Positions 54,334 to 64,000 of a stretch of DNA of 64,000 bases are shown piece after piece. Each line of letters begins with the position of its first letter. The first letter of the stretch is position 1. The stretch is from Paraspadella gotoi (Eukaryota; Animalia; Chaetognatha), in NCBI GenBank assembly GCA_051294375.1, contig CM119263.1:27200219-27264218 (forward strand), in the 5' to 3' direction. The position numbers were made by a program, and so were the translations under genes. A model generated the notes under the pieces. That model did not search any database, was not told where the DNA came from, and was given only the letters and a program-made list of their open reading frames with translations.

Positions 54334-55714
54334 GGAGAGAGAGAGAGAGAGAGAGAGAGAAGAGAGGAGAGAGAGAGAAAGATTTTCTTCAGTTTATCTC
54401 ATCCGGAAAATGGCTCTATCTCTCTCTCCCGGTTATTTCTTTTACGCCGCTTGAAACACTGCTTTCGCGCGCTCTCTCTCTCTCTCCTCTCTCTTCTCTC
54501 TCTCTCTCCCCTCTTCTAGCTCTCTCTCTCTCTCTCTCTCTATCTCTCTTCCTCTGCTCTCGTTCTCATCTCTTCAGCTCACTGTTTCCAGTTTGTCATT
54601 CGTCGCTTCAATTACCGGAAAATGGGTTCATACCAGTAATCTCGTTTCGTCTGAAGTCTCACCTTGGCAATATGGTCGTCGTCGTCTTGCTCGTCTCGTC
54701 GTCTCGGTTCCGTCGTACGTCGTGTCGCTTGACGGTATTGTCATCTTCTCTATTTCGTCATTATTCCGATATTTATTATCTTTATTTGATGATTGATTGT
54801 TGGCAGGCGTATATCGGTGTCAAAATGAATATATTTTGTCTCACAAATCATTCTATATCCATGTTACCCACGGTCACTGCACCACTGGCACTGCCACCAA
54901 ACTGCACATTTGCCACCCATTGCCACCACTGCCACTCCGCTACCATCACAGGCCCCATCTCCTCTTTTTCCTCTTTTTTTCCCCCCCCTTTGGGGAAAAA
55001 GAAAGAAAGAAATTAAAGTGAAAGCGACGAGAATCCATTTCGTGATTCAGCAGCCGCGCGAATTTCAGTCGAGTAACGAACGAAAGTTCGTCGATGTCTT
55101 TCGTCGTCGATAAGTCAAATTCGATTGTTATTTAATAATTAGATTAGATGGTAATAGGATTTCAACTAATGCACGAAAAGTTGGCATTAAAAACAATTAA
55201 TCAAAAAATGTCGGCGACGGAAAGGAGCCGATTTCTGCTAGGAGAAAAACGCCTCAATGAAGAGATTTCCGTTTTAAGAATCAAATTTCGTTTTTGTTTT
55301 TTTTGTTTTTTACTTATAAGATCAAAAGTTGGTAATCTCTGTTTTTCCGTCTTTCCTATCCTCTGACTTTTTTTTTTTTTCCTATCAATTTCACTGCCCT
55401 TTTAAAAATTTCTTCCTCAATTCCACTCTTTTCTATCGTCTTCGTGACTTTGTTTTACAACGGTTCCAACAATCTCTTTGGTCGACTTTCGACCTATCTA
55501 TCTCCCTCTTTTCTTCTCCTCTCTTTCTTCCTCTCTTTTTCTCCTTCTCCTTCGCGGTTCGCTAGAGTCACCTCACCTGTAATTTCTTCGCCTCACCGTT
55601 TTTCTCTTTACCGATAAAACGAGTGAAAAAAAATCTATTTTTAAATTCAAATTTCACACTTTATTTCTTCTTTTATCTTTCTTGTTTTTTTTTTTTTTTT
55701 TATCTTTTTTTTTT

Positions 55715-55759
<45 letters not shown>

Positions 55760-56245
55760 CTTTTTGTTTTTGTTTTTTTTTTTTTTTTTTATTTTTTTTT
55801 TGTTTTTTTTTTTTTTATTTTTTTTTGTTTTTATTTTCTTTCCTTTTCTTTTTGTTTCTTTCTTTTTTTCTGGTTTGAGATTCGCAGGAATTTCCTTCCT
55901 CGATTCTTCTTCTTATTTCATCAAGAAATCTTGTCACGTTTCCGAGTTTTTTATTTGATTCCCTTTAATTTTAATTTCACCTGGCTCCAAACCTTTCTTT
56001 TTATTCTTTTTTATTCGATCCAGCTTTTTTTTAATATTTTTTAAAATACTTTTTAATTTCTAAATCCTCATTTCTCACGCCTCGTTGCTTTATATGCGCA
56101 TTATTACCCCTTTTTTTCCTATTTAATATAAAAAAAAGTTTTAATAGAAATAGCGTTGACTTTAACGATTATTTCGTCTCCTTTTTTTTAATTATTATAT
56201 TATACTTATTACGCCCGTTACTTTCTCGCCCGTTATATGCCCCGG

Positions 56246-56311
<66 letters not shown>

Positions 56312-59300
56312 TCTCTCTCTCTCTCTTCTCTCATCTCTCTCTCTCCTTGCCGTCTCGCTCTTTCTTTCCTTCACACTCTCCTCGCTCTTCCAGCCGTGGC
56401 TCATTCGCGCATACATACGTGCACCAACGCGTGCACCCCCGCTATTCCCTCACGTGCACCCTTCTAAAACCTCCTCCCTGTTAATCCCCCCCCCTCGCAC
56501 GTGCACCTTTTTTCGGGGTCCAAAACGGTTCGCACGGTCGAAGAAACTTGGACAAAAGGATTTGAAGGAAGAAACTCAAAATTTGGGAGAAAATCCTCGA
56601 ATCTCGAAATCTTCGGAAACAAAAGAACAATGGAGTTCAAAGGACGCCGCGGGATGTCGTTGTTTTCGTCGTCGTCATTGTCGTCGTTGTCAACGACGTC
56701 AAAACTCCTTAATCTCGATTCCCTCAGAAAATCCCGTCTCATTCTAATAACCTTTAATTTAATCCCTCTTTCCTTTTTTAAACTTAGCTCAACAATTCTC
56801 TATTCTATTCTCGGTTATATTCTCTATTATTTTATCTATTCCATTCTATTCTCTATTCTATTATTTTTATTCGCTTTGTTCTTCTCCCGACATCAATATT
56901 TCTCTCCTTTCAACCTCCTGTAATCTCCTGCTACAGTTCCAATTATTCTCTTCCCACCAAAGACTTCCATATTTATTGCGTTTTCTTATTCATCCACTCT
57001 CTCTCTGTCTCACCGGGCCTCTCTCCTTCCTCTCTGACCCCATTATCTGTCGCGCGCTTATTACTTTGAAGCGCCGTCGCCCCCCGCCGTCACAGCCGCT
57101 TCACCGCTGCTGCTGCTGCTTCCTGTTTTCCGTCGCCTTCTCATAACCGTCGAACCGTTTAAACCCACCGTATTTCTACTTGGGAGTCGCAACTTTCATT
57201 TCGTCATCCTTAACATTTTTTGTTTCATTATATTTGAAAAAAAAAAGCCCCTTCTCTCATGACCTAACTTTTACACTTCTTCACTGCTTAACAAACTCGC
57301 TCGCTCGCATACCCAAGGTTTAATCTTCCATCTTAACTTCTACCCTTCAACCACTTCGCCTCTCTACCACTGCGATTAACCACCCTCTCCAGTCGCCACC
57401 CTAACTCCCCCACCTTACCCTGCACCCTCCACCTCTCCACCTCCATCGACGCTCGACGAAGAAAATGAAAGGAAGAAAAGAAAAACGATGTTCATTTGTT
57501 TTCTGACTCGAATCGTAACTCGTCTTCTTCTCCCGCCGACGCACCGGTCGAGACACGGCGCCGGACGATCGCGAGTCGGCAAAGGCACCCGCCGGCGCAC
57601 GTGCCGACGTACGCACCGACGCTAGAGCATGGCGGATGCACCTCGGCGAAGATTAATTGACTCCTCGTCGCCCGTGGCATTTCGACGTCGGCGGCGGCAG
57701 CGTCTGACATGGAATCGCGCGAGACGTTTCCGGTTTACTCAGGAAACAAACGCCGCTTGGAGAAATTGAAAGAGAGATTCTGGGTGCTTCTTAAGTTCCG
57801 AAATCACTGATGTAACCGCTGTATCGCTTTGACCTTTGCGTTTCGGTCTGATTATGTGATATGGTATGGTATATGGTATCTGGTATATGGTATATGGTAT
57901 CATTATAAATCAATAAATTAATTAATTATTTAATAACGATAAGGAGAGAGTGTCAAAGATCATAAAGTTGAGAATATATTTTTTAAAATTGTTTTCATTA
58001 AATTTCCAAACGTTTTTTTTAAATTAATAATAAATACGGTACTTTTTTTTACGGTACTAGAGGAGCTTATTTTTTTTTTAAAATCAATAAATGTAGTACA
58101 AGCCGATGTAAAAGCCAGTGTAAAATGCCGAGGGAATTTAGTCCAAGCGAGCGGAATCTATCAAACTGAACTTATTTTTTTTTAGTAAACTGTAAACAAT
58201 TTTTTTTTTAATTTCAAAAATAATTAAAACCGAGGATACATAATGACAAAAATGACCCAAAAAGACATAACGACATAAATTGACATGATGACACAATGAC
58301 GTAATGAATAAACAAGAGCTCTTGTTAAAACTCTGCAGAAAAAACGTGTGCCAGATTGCGCCTTAAATTATGCTAAAAATGGCTAAATTTTTTTTTAGTA
58401 TGCAAAATATTATGCCAAATTATCTTTTAGCTAATTTAATGCAAAACTGTTACAAGAGTAAAGATAAATGATTATTATTAGAGCCTATGAAAAATTATTT
58501 AGACAGATAAAAGCGAAAAACACGAAAAAATGAGACTTTTTGTGAATTGCTTAATGGTTAATGCTTAAGCGATGAGCCAGTCAAGTCCTATAAAAGGTGT
58601 TTTGCAGCAGTAATTTTCAAACAGACCAACCAACCAACTGACGCCATAGTATTTTGAACTTGTAAAGTTGCTTTAACATGCTATTACTATTATTACAGAA
58701 CTACACAAGTATCTCAGAGGAAAATCGGTATTAAACGAATACTTTGGCTTTATTGTATAAATGCTAGCAATGTCTCAAATAATTGTATTGGGAATTAACA
58801 TGATTGTTATCAAAGAAATAAATAATAAAATAAACAAATAGCATATTTAATACAGATTTACATCGCCAGAGGAAGTGTTTTTCATACTTAGTCCGATGCT
58901 GTAGATCGAAAAACCTAAAATTTTTTTCACATTTCGAATATGCCAGATTGTATGCTATATGCCAGATCATTTTTTTACTACCTAAAGGGTCTAAAATTAT
59001 GCCAGATCTGGCACACAGTATGCGAAATTCTAAGCAGAGTAGCTCTTATTTTGTACTATTAAAGTAGCCGTTGACTTTTAACATTTTCCCAATACCTTTC
59101 CAAGCACTGTTCTTAAGTCTATTAATTTTTAAATCATCTCAGAAATAGATCATCTTAAAAGAAAATGTAGCTCATTTGTCTGGGTCGTCTTCTCTTTTGA
59201 AGCCGAAAATTCGGGTGATTATCGTGTAATTCGTCTCCTGTATGAAAAACAAAACCTTTGGTCATGTTGCTGCAATATGCAAAATAGGTTTAAAACGTCA

Positions 59301-61960
59301 GCATTCATGACGCATTTTGGCCGGCAATTGTAACTCCGTAAAACCAAAGCGACTCAAAAATGTCGCCCGTGGCGTCCCGCTTTACCGTCCCCTGCCGGTC
59401 CTGATACGACGTTACCCTCTCCCGTCTCTCCAGTCTGGTTTCACCAAAAGGTCCACCGAAGACCCAGACGGTCAGACGGGCGAGGGGCCGCCCGGCCGCC
59501 CGAGTCCCACTTAAAAGCGCCTCGCCCTCTCGCAAATCTCGCCAAGTGACGCTAACGACATCCGATTCCGCTGGGCACCTAAAAGGAAACCTTGGGCGCT
59601 CGTCCTGGGGAAAATGTCAGAGAAGTAAAAGAAGTTTTATGATATGGACTCTTAAAGACTGTCTGAGTGTCTGTCTTTCCGTCTTGCCCTCGTTCTGCCT
59701 AGTATCTGTTGTTTTGATTATTCTTATAGATACAGAATTAAAAGAAAAAAATCGAATGAAGCAATTTGCGAGGCCGGTCGAAGCCGCTCGAAGAAAATTG
59801 ACGCCGCTCGACTCCGGTCGACTTTCGGCGATGTGAAGGCGTCAGCTGTCGTTTCTTTTCTAAATCTAAACTTCGTTTTTGGCGAATCTCGTGGCTGAGA
59901 GCCGGGCTTTCATGGCGACGATGGCGACGACTATTATGATGACGACGATGTCAACTATTACAACGACGACGAAGACGAACGACGACCGAGTTGACGTTTA
60001 AACGATTAATTTCGTCGAATAAAAAAGTTCTTGTGAGAAGTGGACACATTTAATTTCTTTTTCGCCATTCACGCTGTTATGAACGTTAGTAATTTTTCAA
60101 GTTAGTTTTATATTTTTCTTTGCACTCACTCACTCACTCACTCACTCACTCACTCACTCACTCACTCACTCACTCACTCACTCACTCACTCACTTCCTCT
60201 TCATTCGCCCTTCATCTCCTCCTCTTCCAAAATGGATTTGCCATTCGTTCCACGCTACTCTCCACTTTGTCCATTTTTATCGAATTAGATTCCGAAGTTG
60301 TTGCGCGAGTTAAACGCCGCGCCGAATCCGCCGCGCCGCTGCTGCCGCTGCCACACTTACTATCTCTACCACCACTCTATACTCACCGCCGATGCTTCCA
60401 CAGCCTTCAACGCGACCACCCTTTAACCACCACCTCCGATCACATAATCCAGTTTCATTTCCCTCCAACTCTTAAGTGAATCCGTCTCTCTCTCTCTCTC
60501 TCTCTCTNNNNNNNNNNNNNNNNNNNNNNNNNNNNNNNNNNNNNNNNNNNNNNNNNNNNNNNNNNNNNNNNNNNNNNNNNNNNNNNNNNNNNNNNNNNNN
60601 NNNNNNNNNNNNNNNNNNNNNNNNNNNNNNNNNNNNNNNNNNNNNNNNNNNNNNNNNNNNNNNNNNNNNNNNNNNNNNNNNNNNNNNNNNNNNNNNNNNN
60701 NNNNNNNNNNNNNNNNNNNNNNNNNNNNNNNNNNNNNNNNNTCCATTTTCCTTAATCCCTTTTTTTTCGCCTTTCTTAAAATACCCTCCGCCTTTTTTAT
60801 CTTCACCCTTTTAGTCGGCTCGTTCTTTCTTTACTTCTTTCACTTTACTTAACAGCTTTCTTTCCGTTATTAATACTTAATAATTTTCTTTATTCTGCTT
60901 ATAGTTTTTGTCAATATTTCATGTCACTTGATGTTCACGTGTTTCCTCATTTGGATAGATTAAAAAAAATAGTTCTCTTTCAGCAATCACACTTTTTTCA
61001 ATACCTCTTCTCAACCATTGTCCTACGACTCTCTCCCCTTTCCCACCACTCCGCTCTCCACCACGACAACTTTTCCACCTTCCCCCCGCCCACATCCTCC
61101 CTAATTAAGCCAAAGACGCGACGTTNNNNNNNNNNNNNNNNNNNNNNNNNNNNNNNNNNNNNNNNNNNNNNNNNNNNNNNNNNNNNNNNNNNNNNNNNNN
61201 NNNNNNNNNNNNNNNNNNNNNNNNNNNNNNNNNNNNNNNNNNNNNNNNNNNNNNNNNNNNNNNNNNNNNNNNNNNNNNNNNNNNNNNNNNNNNNNNNNNN
61301 NNNNNNNNNNNNNNNNNNNNNNNNNNNNNNNNNNNNNNNNNNNNNNNNNNNNNNNNTCTATACGATTATTAATTACTATCCCTAAAAGCGTCAAATCATT
61401 TGTTCTAGATAAAACGATTTTATTTTTGAGTTCAAAAACAAGTTAATTTTACAAAGATGTAAAATTTTTTCAACCCTTTTTTTTTTAAGGCAAAACTTTA
61501 TTACCCTTTAAAACTCGGCTTTGTGTTTCCGGTCCATTGATCGGTCGTCGAGGTCATTCCTCTGCGTATTCTCTATCTCTCCCTCCTTAGGGGTGCGACG
61601 CCAATGTCGCCCTTCCTCCTACTCTTCCCTCCCTCCCTCTTNNNNNNNNNNNNNNNNNNNNNNNNNNNNNNNNNNNNNNNNNNNNNNNNNNNNNNNNNNN
61701 NNNNNNNNNNNNNNNNNNNNNNNNNNNNNNNNNNNNNNNNCGGCGGCGGCGTCGGCTGCCGCATGCCGCTACGGCTTCAGAGAGAGCAAGAGTGTTTACG
61801 CAAATCCCTCGCACTTGATTTGACGTCGTGACCTCGCCCCACGGCCGACTCATGGACCCCCTGCACCATGGACGAGTCGCGTACTCTTGCACCATAGCCA
61901 TCTTCATGAAGCCGATGGCCGCTCGTTTTTGGACGGGAGGTGACATATGGCGCTTTGAAG
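20863..61960 (+). CDS. HSPG2: Putative perlecan-like (HSPG2/trol/unc-52) gene, 5' part; exons corrupted by indels and gaps
   Basis: Motif remnants occur in perlecan order on one strand: acidic-SG exon (20863-21508), SEA-like (22815-22935), LDLa-like (~24790-24910), Ig1-like (42203-42560), laminin-B-like (~54600-54680, 57590-57730), laminin-EGF-like (59360-59510, 61750-61960). All but the first require reading through frameshifts. Confidence 0.55.
22495..22722. repeat. (ATTC)n tetranucleotide microsatellite
   Basis: Direct reading. Confidence 0.95.
22815..22935 (+). CDS. Candidate SEA-domain-like exon of the perlecan-like gene
   Basis: After a pyrimidine tract, ag|GT GCC matches the phase-1 donor at 21509. 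Reads GAIPSSEKVMAFTVEIVEDF and, after a frameshift, EYRRGELQTVKL, resembling the SEA pattern F-x-V-x-I...F...S-x-E-Y/F-R-E-L. Confidence 0.4.
24790..24912 (+). CDS. Candidate LDL-receptor class A repeat remnant
   Basis: GC-richer island reading GMTSCDDRNNECEPIGQASKGGDCG, with Cys spacing and a DC motif loosely like LDLa; degraded. Confidence 0.25.
25675..27523 (+). CDS. DEG/ENaC (ASIC/FaNaC/pickpocket-like) amiloride-sensitive sodium channel family subunit, about 4 coding exons (approx. 25675-26013, ~26256-~26560, 26774/26781-27050, 27132-27523)
   Basis: N-terminal FLDRTSLHG (HG gating motif) followed by RRLFW and TM1; YPRMVVC (FPAVTVC-like); YGIC; Cys-rich thumb (CHDLC, C, C, CLC, C, CMDECKP); C-terminal LLAAIGGYLGLLVGVSVITIVEVLE (TM2 with GxS filter); stop TAA at 27521-27523. 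GT donor at 27051 and AG acceptor at 27130-27131 agree in phase. Boundaries of the first two introns are uncertain. Confidence 0.93.
27490..27579 (+). repeat. ~90-bp direct repeat, copy 1 (ENaC last codons, stop and proximal 3' UTR)
   Basis: TAGCGGGAGCTTCGAA..ATACTTTAAGATTTTATTT recurs at 33701-33791. Confidence 0.9.
28006..28200 (+). mobile_element. tRNA(Gly)-derived SINE head or tRNA pseudogene
   Basis: Starts GCATTGGTG (the eukaryotic tRNA-Gly 5' end), has an anticodon-like CTTCCCAC and a B-box-like GGTTCTAGGCCC at ~28059, then a non-tRNA body. Stems are too degenerate for a functional tRNA. Confidence 0.6.
28940..30070 (-). pseudogene. Degraded (or error-rich) AMP-binding acyl-CoA synthetase / 4-coumarate-CoA ligase-like coding sequence, C-terminal half
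   Basis: Ordered minus-strand remnants: AAPPTFLRAL (~29970-30000), KEY..SL and GG..GAP, KIANDQTELRCLAFGESG..IK.GGPQ (~29607-29700), TG(T)IGFL (~29273-29296), RL.KL, FQV..PA. The order matches the ANL-family motifs KIVD..GE..GP, TGD.G, R.KELIK and QV.PAE. Many frameshifts and stops. Confidence 0.45.
30195..30480. mobile_element. MITE-like dispersed repeat, copy 1
   Basis: Directly homologous to ~31485-31760 (TTTTAGTGT, ATGTTTTTAGTA, CACGGAG, ATTATGAAGA, AACGGA-GTTTCC, TAGTGAG-ATTTCATTAG). Its left end TTATTTTAGTGTCAAC is an imperfect reverse complement of GTTGACACTGGAAATAA at ~31768. Confidence 0.6.
31485..31800. mobile_element. MITE-like dispersed repeat, copy 2
   Basis: See copy 1; carries the right terminal inverted repeat. 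Confidence 0.6.
33701..33791 (+). repeat. ~90-bp direct repeat, copy 2
   Basis: Indel-bearing copy of 27490-27579. Confidence 0.9.
36944..37080. repeat. 8-bp tandem repeat (TTTTCTCC / TTTTCTCT)
   Basis: Direct reading. Confidence 0.9.
42203..42560 (+). CDS. Candidate Ig I-set exon(s) resembling perlecan Ig1
   Basis: Across frameshifts: ISPAPET..GRSPSINCT / TGIPSP / RL..GIVPLP, then EGGVASL / RDA / (R/C)EAV. This parallels perlecan Ig1 as I recall it (VTPP..GQTVTFTC.AIGVPTP.INWRLNWGHIP..EGGRGTL.IRDV..CEA). Confidence 0.55.
44256..44345. repeat. 21-bp minisatellite (TCTTTTGTTCTGTGGAATTTG), about 4 units
   Basis: Direct reading. Confidence 0.9.
45302..45392. repeat. Degenerate ~24-bp minisatellite (CTTGGGTGATTGAG core)
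   Basis: GGGTGATTGA recurs with about 24-bp spacing. Confidence 0.75.
49784..50727. other. Largest assembly gap (N-run); more than 20 smaller gaps occur across the window
   Basis: Direct reading. Confidence 1.
53528..54172 (+). repeat. Long inverted repeat, left arm (gap-bounded)
   Basis: Reverse complement of 55400-56234, e.g. AACGGGCGAGAAAGTAACGGGCGTAAT vs ATTACGCCCGTTACTTTCTCGCCCGTT. Confidence 0.93.
55400..56234 (-). repeat. Long inverted repeat, right arm, with an expanded poly-T tract (~55670-55860)
   Basis: Near-identical to the reverse complement of 53528-54172 apart from the T-rich expansion. Confidence 0.93.
57590..57730 (+). CDS. Candidate laminin B (domain IV) C-terminal exon remnant
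   Basis: Reads EH...AKIN*LLV(A)RGI then SV / MES, matching the laminin-B ending REH.MM.LA.L..LLIRA....V.ME.A; contains a stop and indels. Confidence 0.4.
58346..59016. mobile_element. MITE with 11-bp terminal inverted repeats
   Basis: GTGTGCCAGAT at 58346-58356 and ATCTGGCACAC at 59006-59016; subterminal ATGCCAGAT/ATGCCAAAT repeats; AT-rich non-coding interior. Confidence 0.7.
59360..59510 (+). CDS. Candidate laminin-type EGF exon remnant
   Basis: ARGV / PCRS*YDVTLS / GFTKRST resembles A..VE.C.CP.GY.GLSC..C..GFTR, which follows laminin-B modules. Confidence 0.35.
60123..60194. repeat. (CACT)n microsatellite
   Basis: Direct reading. Confidence 0.97.
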
Positions 61961-64000
61961 AAGTAGCCTTAATAAGGGAAGGAGAGGGGGAAATTGGTTG
62001 GAGGGGGGTTTGGGAGNNNNNNNNNNNNNNNNNNNNNNNNNNNNNNNNNNNNNNNNNNNNNNNNNNNNNNNNNNNNNNNNNNNNNNNNNNNNNNNNNNNN
62101 NNNNNNNNNNNNNNNNNNNNNNNNNNNNNNNNNNNNNNNNNNNNNNNNNNNNNNNNNNNNNNNNNNNNNNNNNNNNNNNNNTTGAACGTTATGGTGTAAA
62201 TGAACAAAGGAATGGGCTTTTGAGGATTGGGGGTGAATGGATTCATGAGAAAGAGGATTTCGGGAAAACGGGGCGACTTGAATGAGAGTATGAGAACGAT
62301 GGGACGATTGAGGATTTTGGCGGGAATTGAAATATTAAATTGTCATAACTTAGGTGAATAAGTGTCTGAAGAAAAAAAACCTTTTTTTTAGGAGTATTTG
62401 TTTATTTTCAATTTTTGATTCTTCAACAATTTAATCATAAACAATCAAACAAAGGTTTTTTTTAGTGCGATTATAAAAACCAATTTCGCCATGACTTTTT
62501 TTAAATAATCTCTCAACTTCTCTTATCGAAAATAATTTTTTTTTCTCCTCGAACTTTCGTTCCTTTTCCCTTTTCATAAAAAAATAACCTTTATAAATAA
62601 AAAAGGGTCTAAATTCACCAACAAAAGGGACTTTTTTTTTCCTAAATTCGGGAACATTTTGCCCCCGAGCAATTATTTAAATTGAGGGAGGAGAAAAAAA
62701 ATTANNNNNNNNNNNNNNNNNNNNNNNNNNNNNNNNNNNNNNNNNNNNNNNNNNNNNNNNNNNNNNNNNNNNNNNNNNNNNNNNNNNNNNNNNNNNNNNN
62801 NNNNNNNNNNNNNNNNNNNNNNNNNNNNNNNNNNNNNNNNNNNNNNNNNNNNNNNNNNNNNNNNNNNNNNNNNNNNNNNNNNNNGAGAGAGATGGAGAAA
62901 AAGAGTCGCGATGGAAAATCGTAAAAGCTTCAATCCTTATCTGGCAAGCACCAAGCAGAAAAAGAAAGGGGGTGAACAAATTACAAGCTTGGTGACCTTA
63001 TCGCTTCAACCTTCGACCATTTATTTCGCCGGCTGCGCCTTCCGTCGCCTTATCGCGTTGAGGATCGAATCCCGTGGCGTCCGAATCGGTGGACTCTCTC
63101 TCTCTCTCTCTCTCTCCCTCTCTTTCTCTTTCTCTATCTCTCTCTCTCCCTCTTACGCGACATTTACAAACGGTCAATTCCGTCGATCTTCTTCCACGTC
63201 CGCTCCATTCCCCAACGCCCTCTTTTCTCAGCCCAAACCCTCTCGCCCCGACCTCCATTGGACTTGCGAATCTCGGCCGTCCGGCGTCGGCCGGAAAATT
63301 CGGCGCCGATAAGAACCGGATTTAGAAAATGGTCCGATGGTGAAAATAATGTAATAATGGTCCCGCGAGAGAGAGCGAGAAATAGAGAGAGTGAGAGTGA
63401 GAAGAAGGAAGGGATGAAGAGTTTTTAAAAGGAAAAGAGAAAACAATGTATGGGGAGTTTTTTGGTTACTCGTTGAAAGTGGTGGAACCCTGATGGAAAC
63501 GTTACTATTGCGTCTGCAAGTGCCACCANNNNNNNNNNNNNNNNNNNNNNNNNNNNNNNNNNNNNNNNNNNNNNNNNNNNNNNNNNNNNNNNNNNNNNNN
63601 NNNNNNNNNNNNNNNNNNNNNNNNNNNNNNNNNNNNNNNNNNNNNNNNNNNNNNNNNNNNNNNNNNNNNNNNNNNNNNNNNNNNNNNNNNNNNNNNNNNN
63701 NNNNNNNNNNNNNNNNNNNNNNNNNNNNNNNNNGGGGATTTAGGGAGGAAAGGGGCGTGTACGGAGGGAGACAATGCGAAGCGAAAAGGGCGGTGGGTGA
63801 CCCAAAGGTACTGCAGACTTTGAGTACAAAGGGATAAACCGAGGAAGAATGAGACAGAATATACAACTAAAGTAAAACGGTAGTTCGGAACCACATAAAA
63901 ACCAGGTCGGATAACGTTCTCTAAGTTGGTCCAACGCTCGGTGGAAAATGACTGTGATGGTCGTCGTAATTGTTGCTGTTGCTGCTGTTGTAGCTAAACC

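Noticed and set aside
57530-59510. Stops and frameshifts in perlecan-like exons as programmed recoding or an alternative genetic code
   Set aside because: The same indel noise is visible between duplicate copies elsewhere in the window, and the clean ENaC gene uses the standard code, so sequencing error is the simpler explanation.

Overview
Eukaryotic (animal-like) draft-assembly window. It is AT-rich, saturated with (AG)n/(CT)n, (GAC)n and poly-T tracts, and broken by many N-gaps. Much of it looks like poorly polished long-read fill with frequent 1-bp indels, so most entries in the ORF track are microsatellite or gap artefacts. The one clean gene is a compact, divergent DEG/ENaC ion-channel gene (+, 25675-27523). 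Reading across frameshifts, I also see a collinear series of + strand exon remnants in perlecan order from about 20.9 to 62 kb: acidic Ser-Gly N-terminal exon, SEA-like, LDLa-like, Ig1, laminin-B, laminin-EGF. If that holds, the ENaC gene and a degraded minus-strand acyl-CoA-synthetase-like sequence are nested in a perlecan intron. Weaker signals are CUB-like exons inside a duplicated 1.9-kb segment and a possible minus-strand GPCR. Structural features include several MITE/foldback elements, a tRNA-Gly-derived SINE head, a 6.1-kb block bracketed by a ~90-bp direct repeat, and a ~650-bp inverted repeat pair. I found no prokaryotic-type system (CRISPR etc.) and cannot support a claim of a wholly new system. 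All homology calls are from motif recognition by eye, not from database searches.
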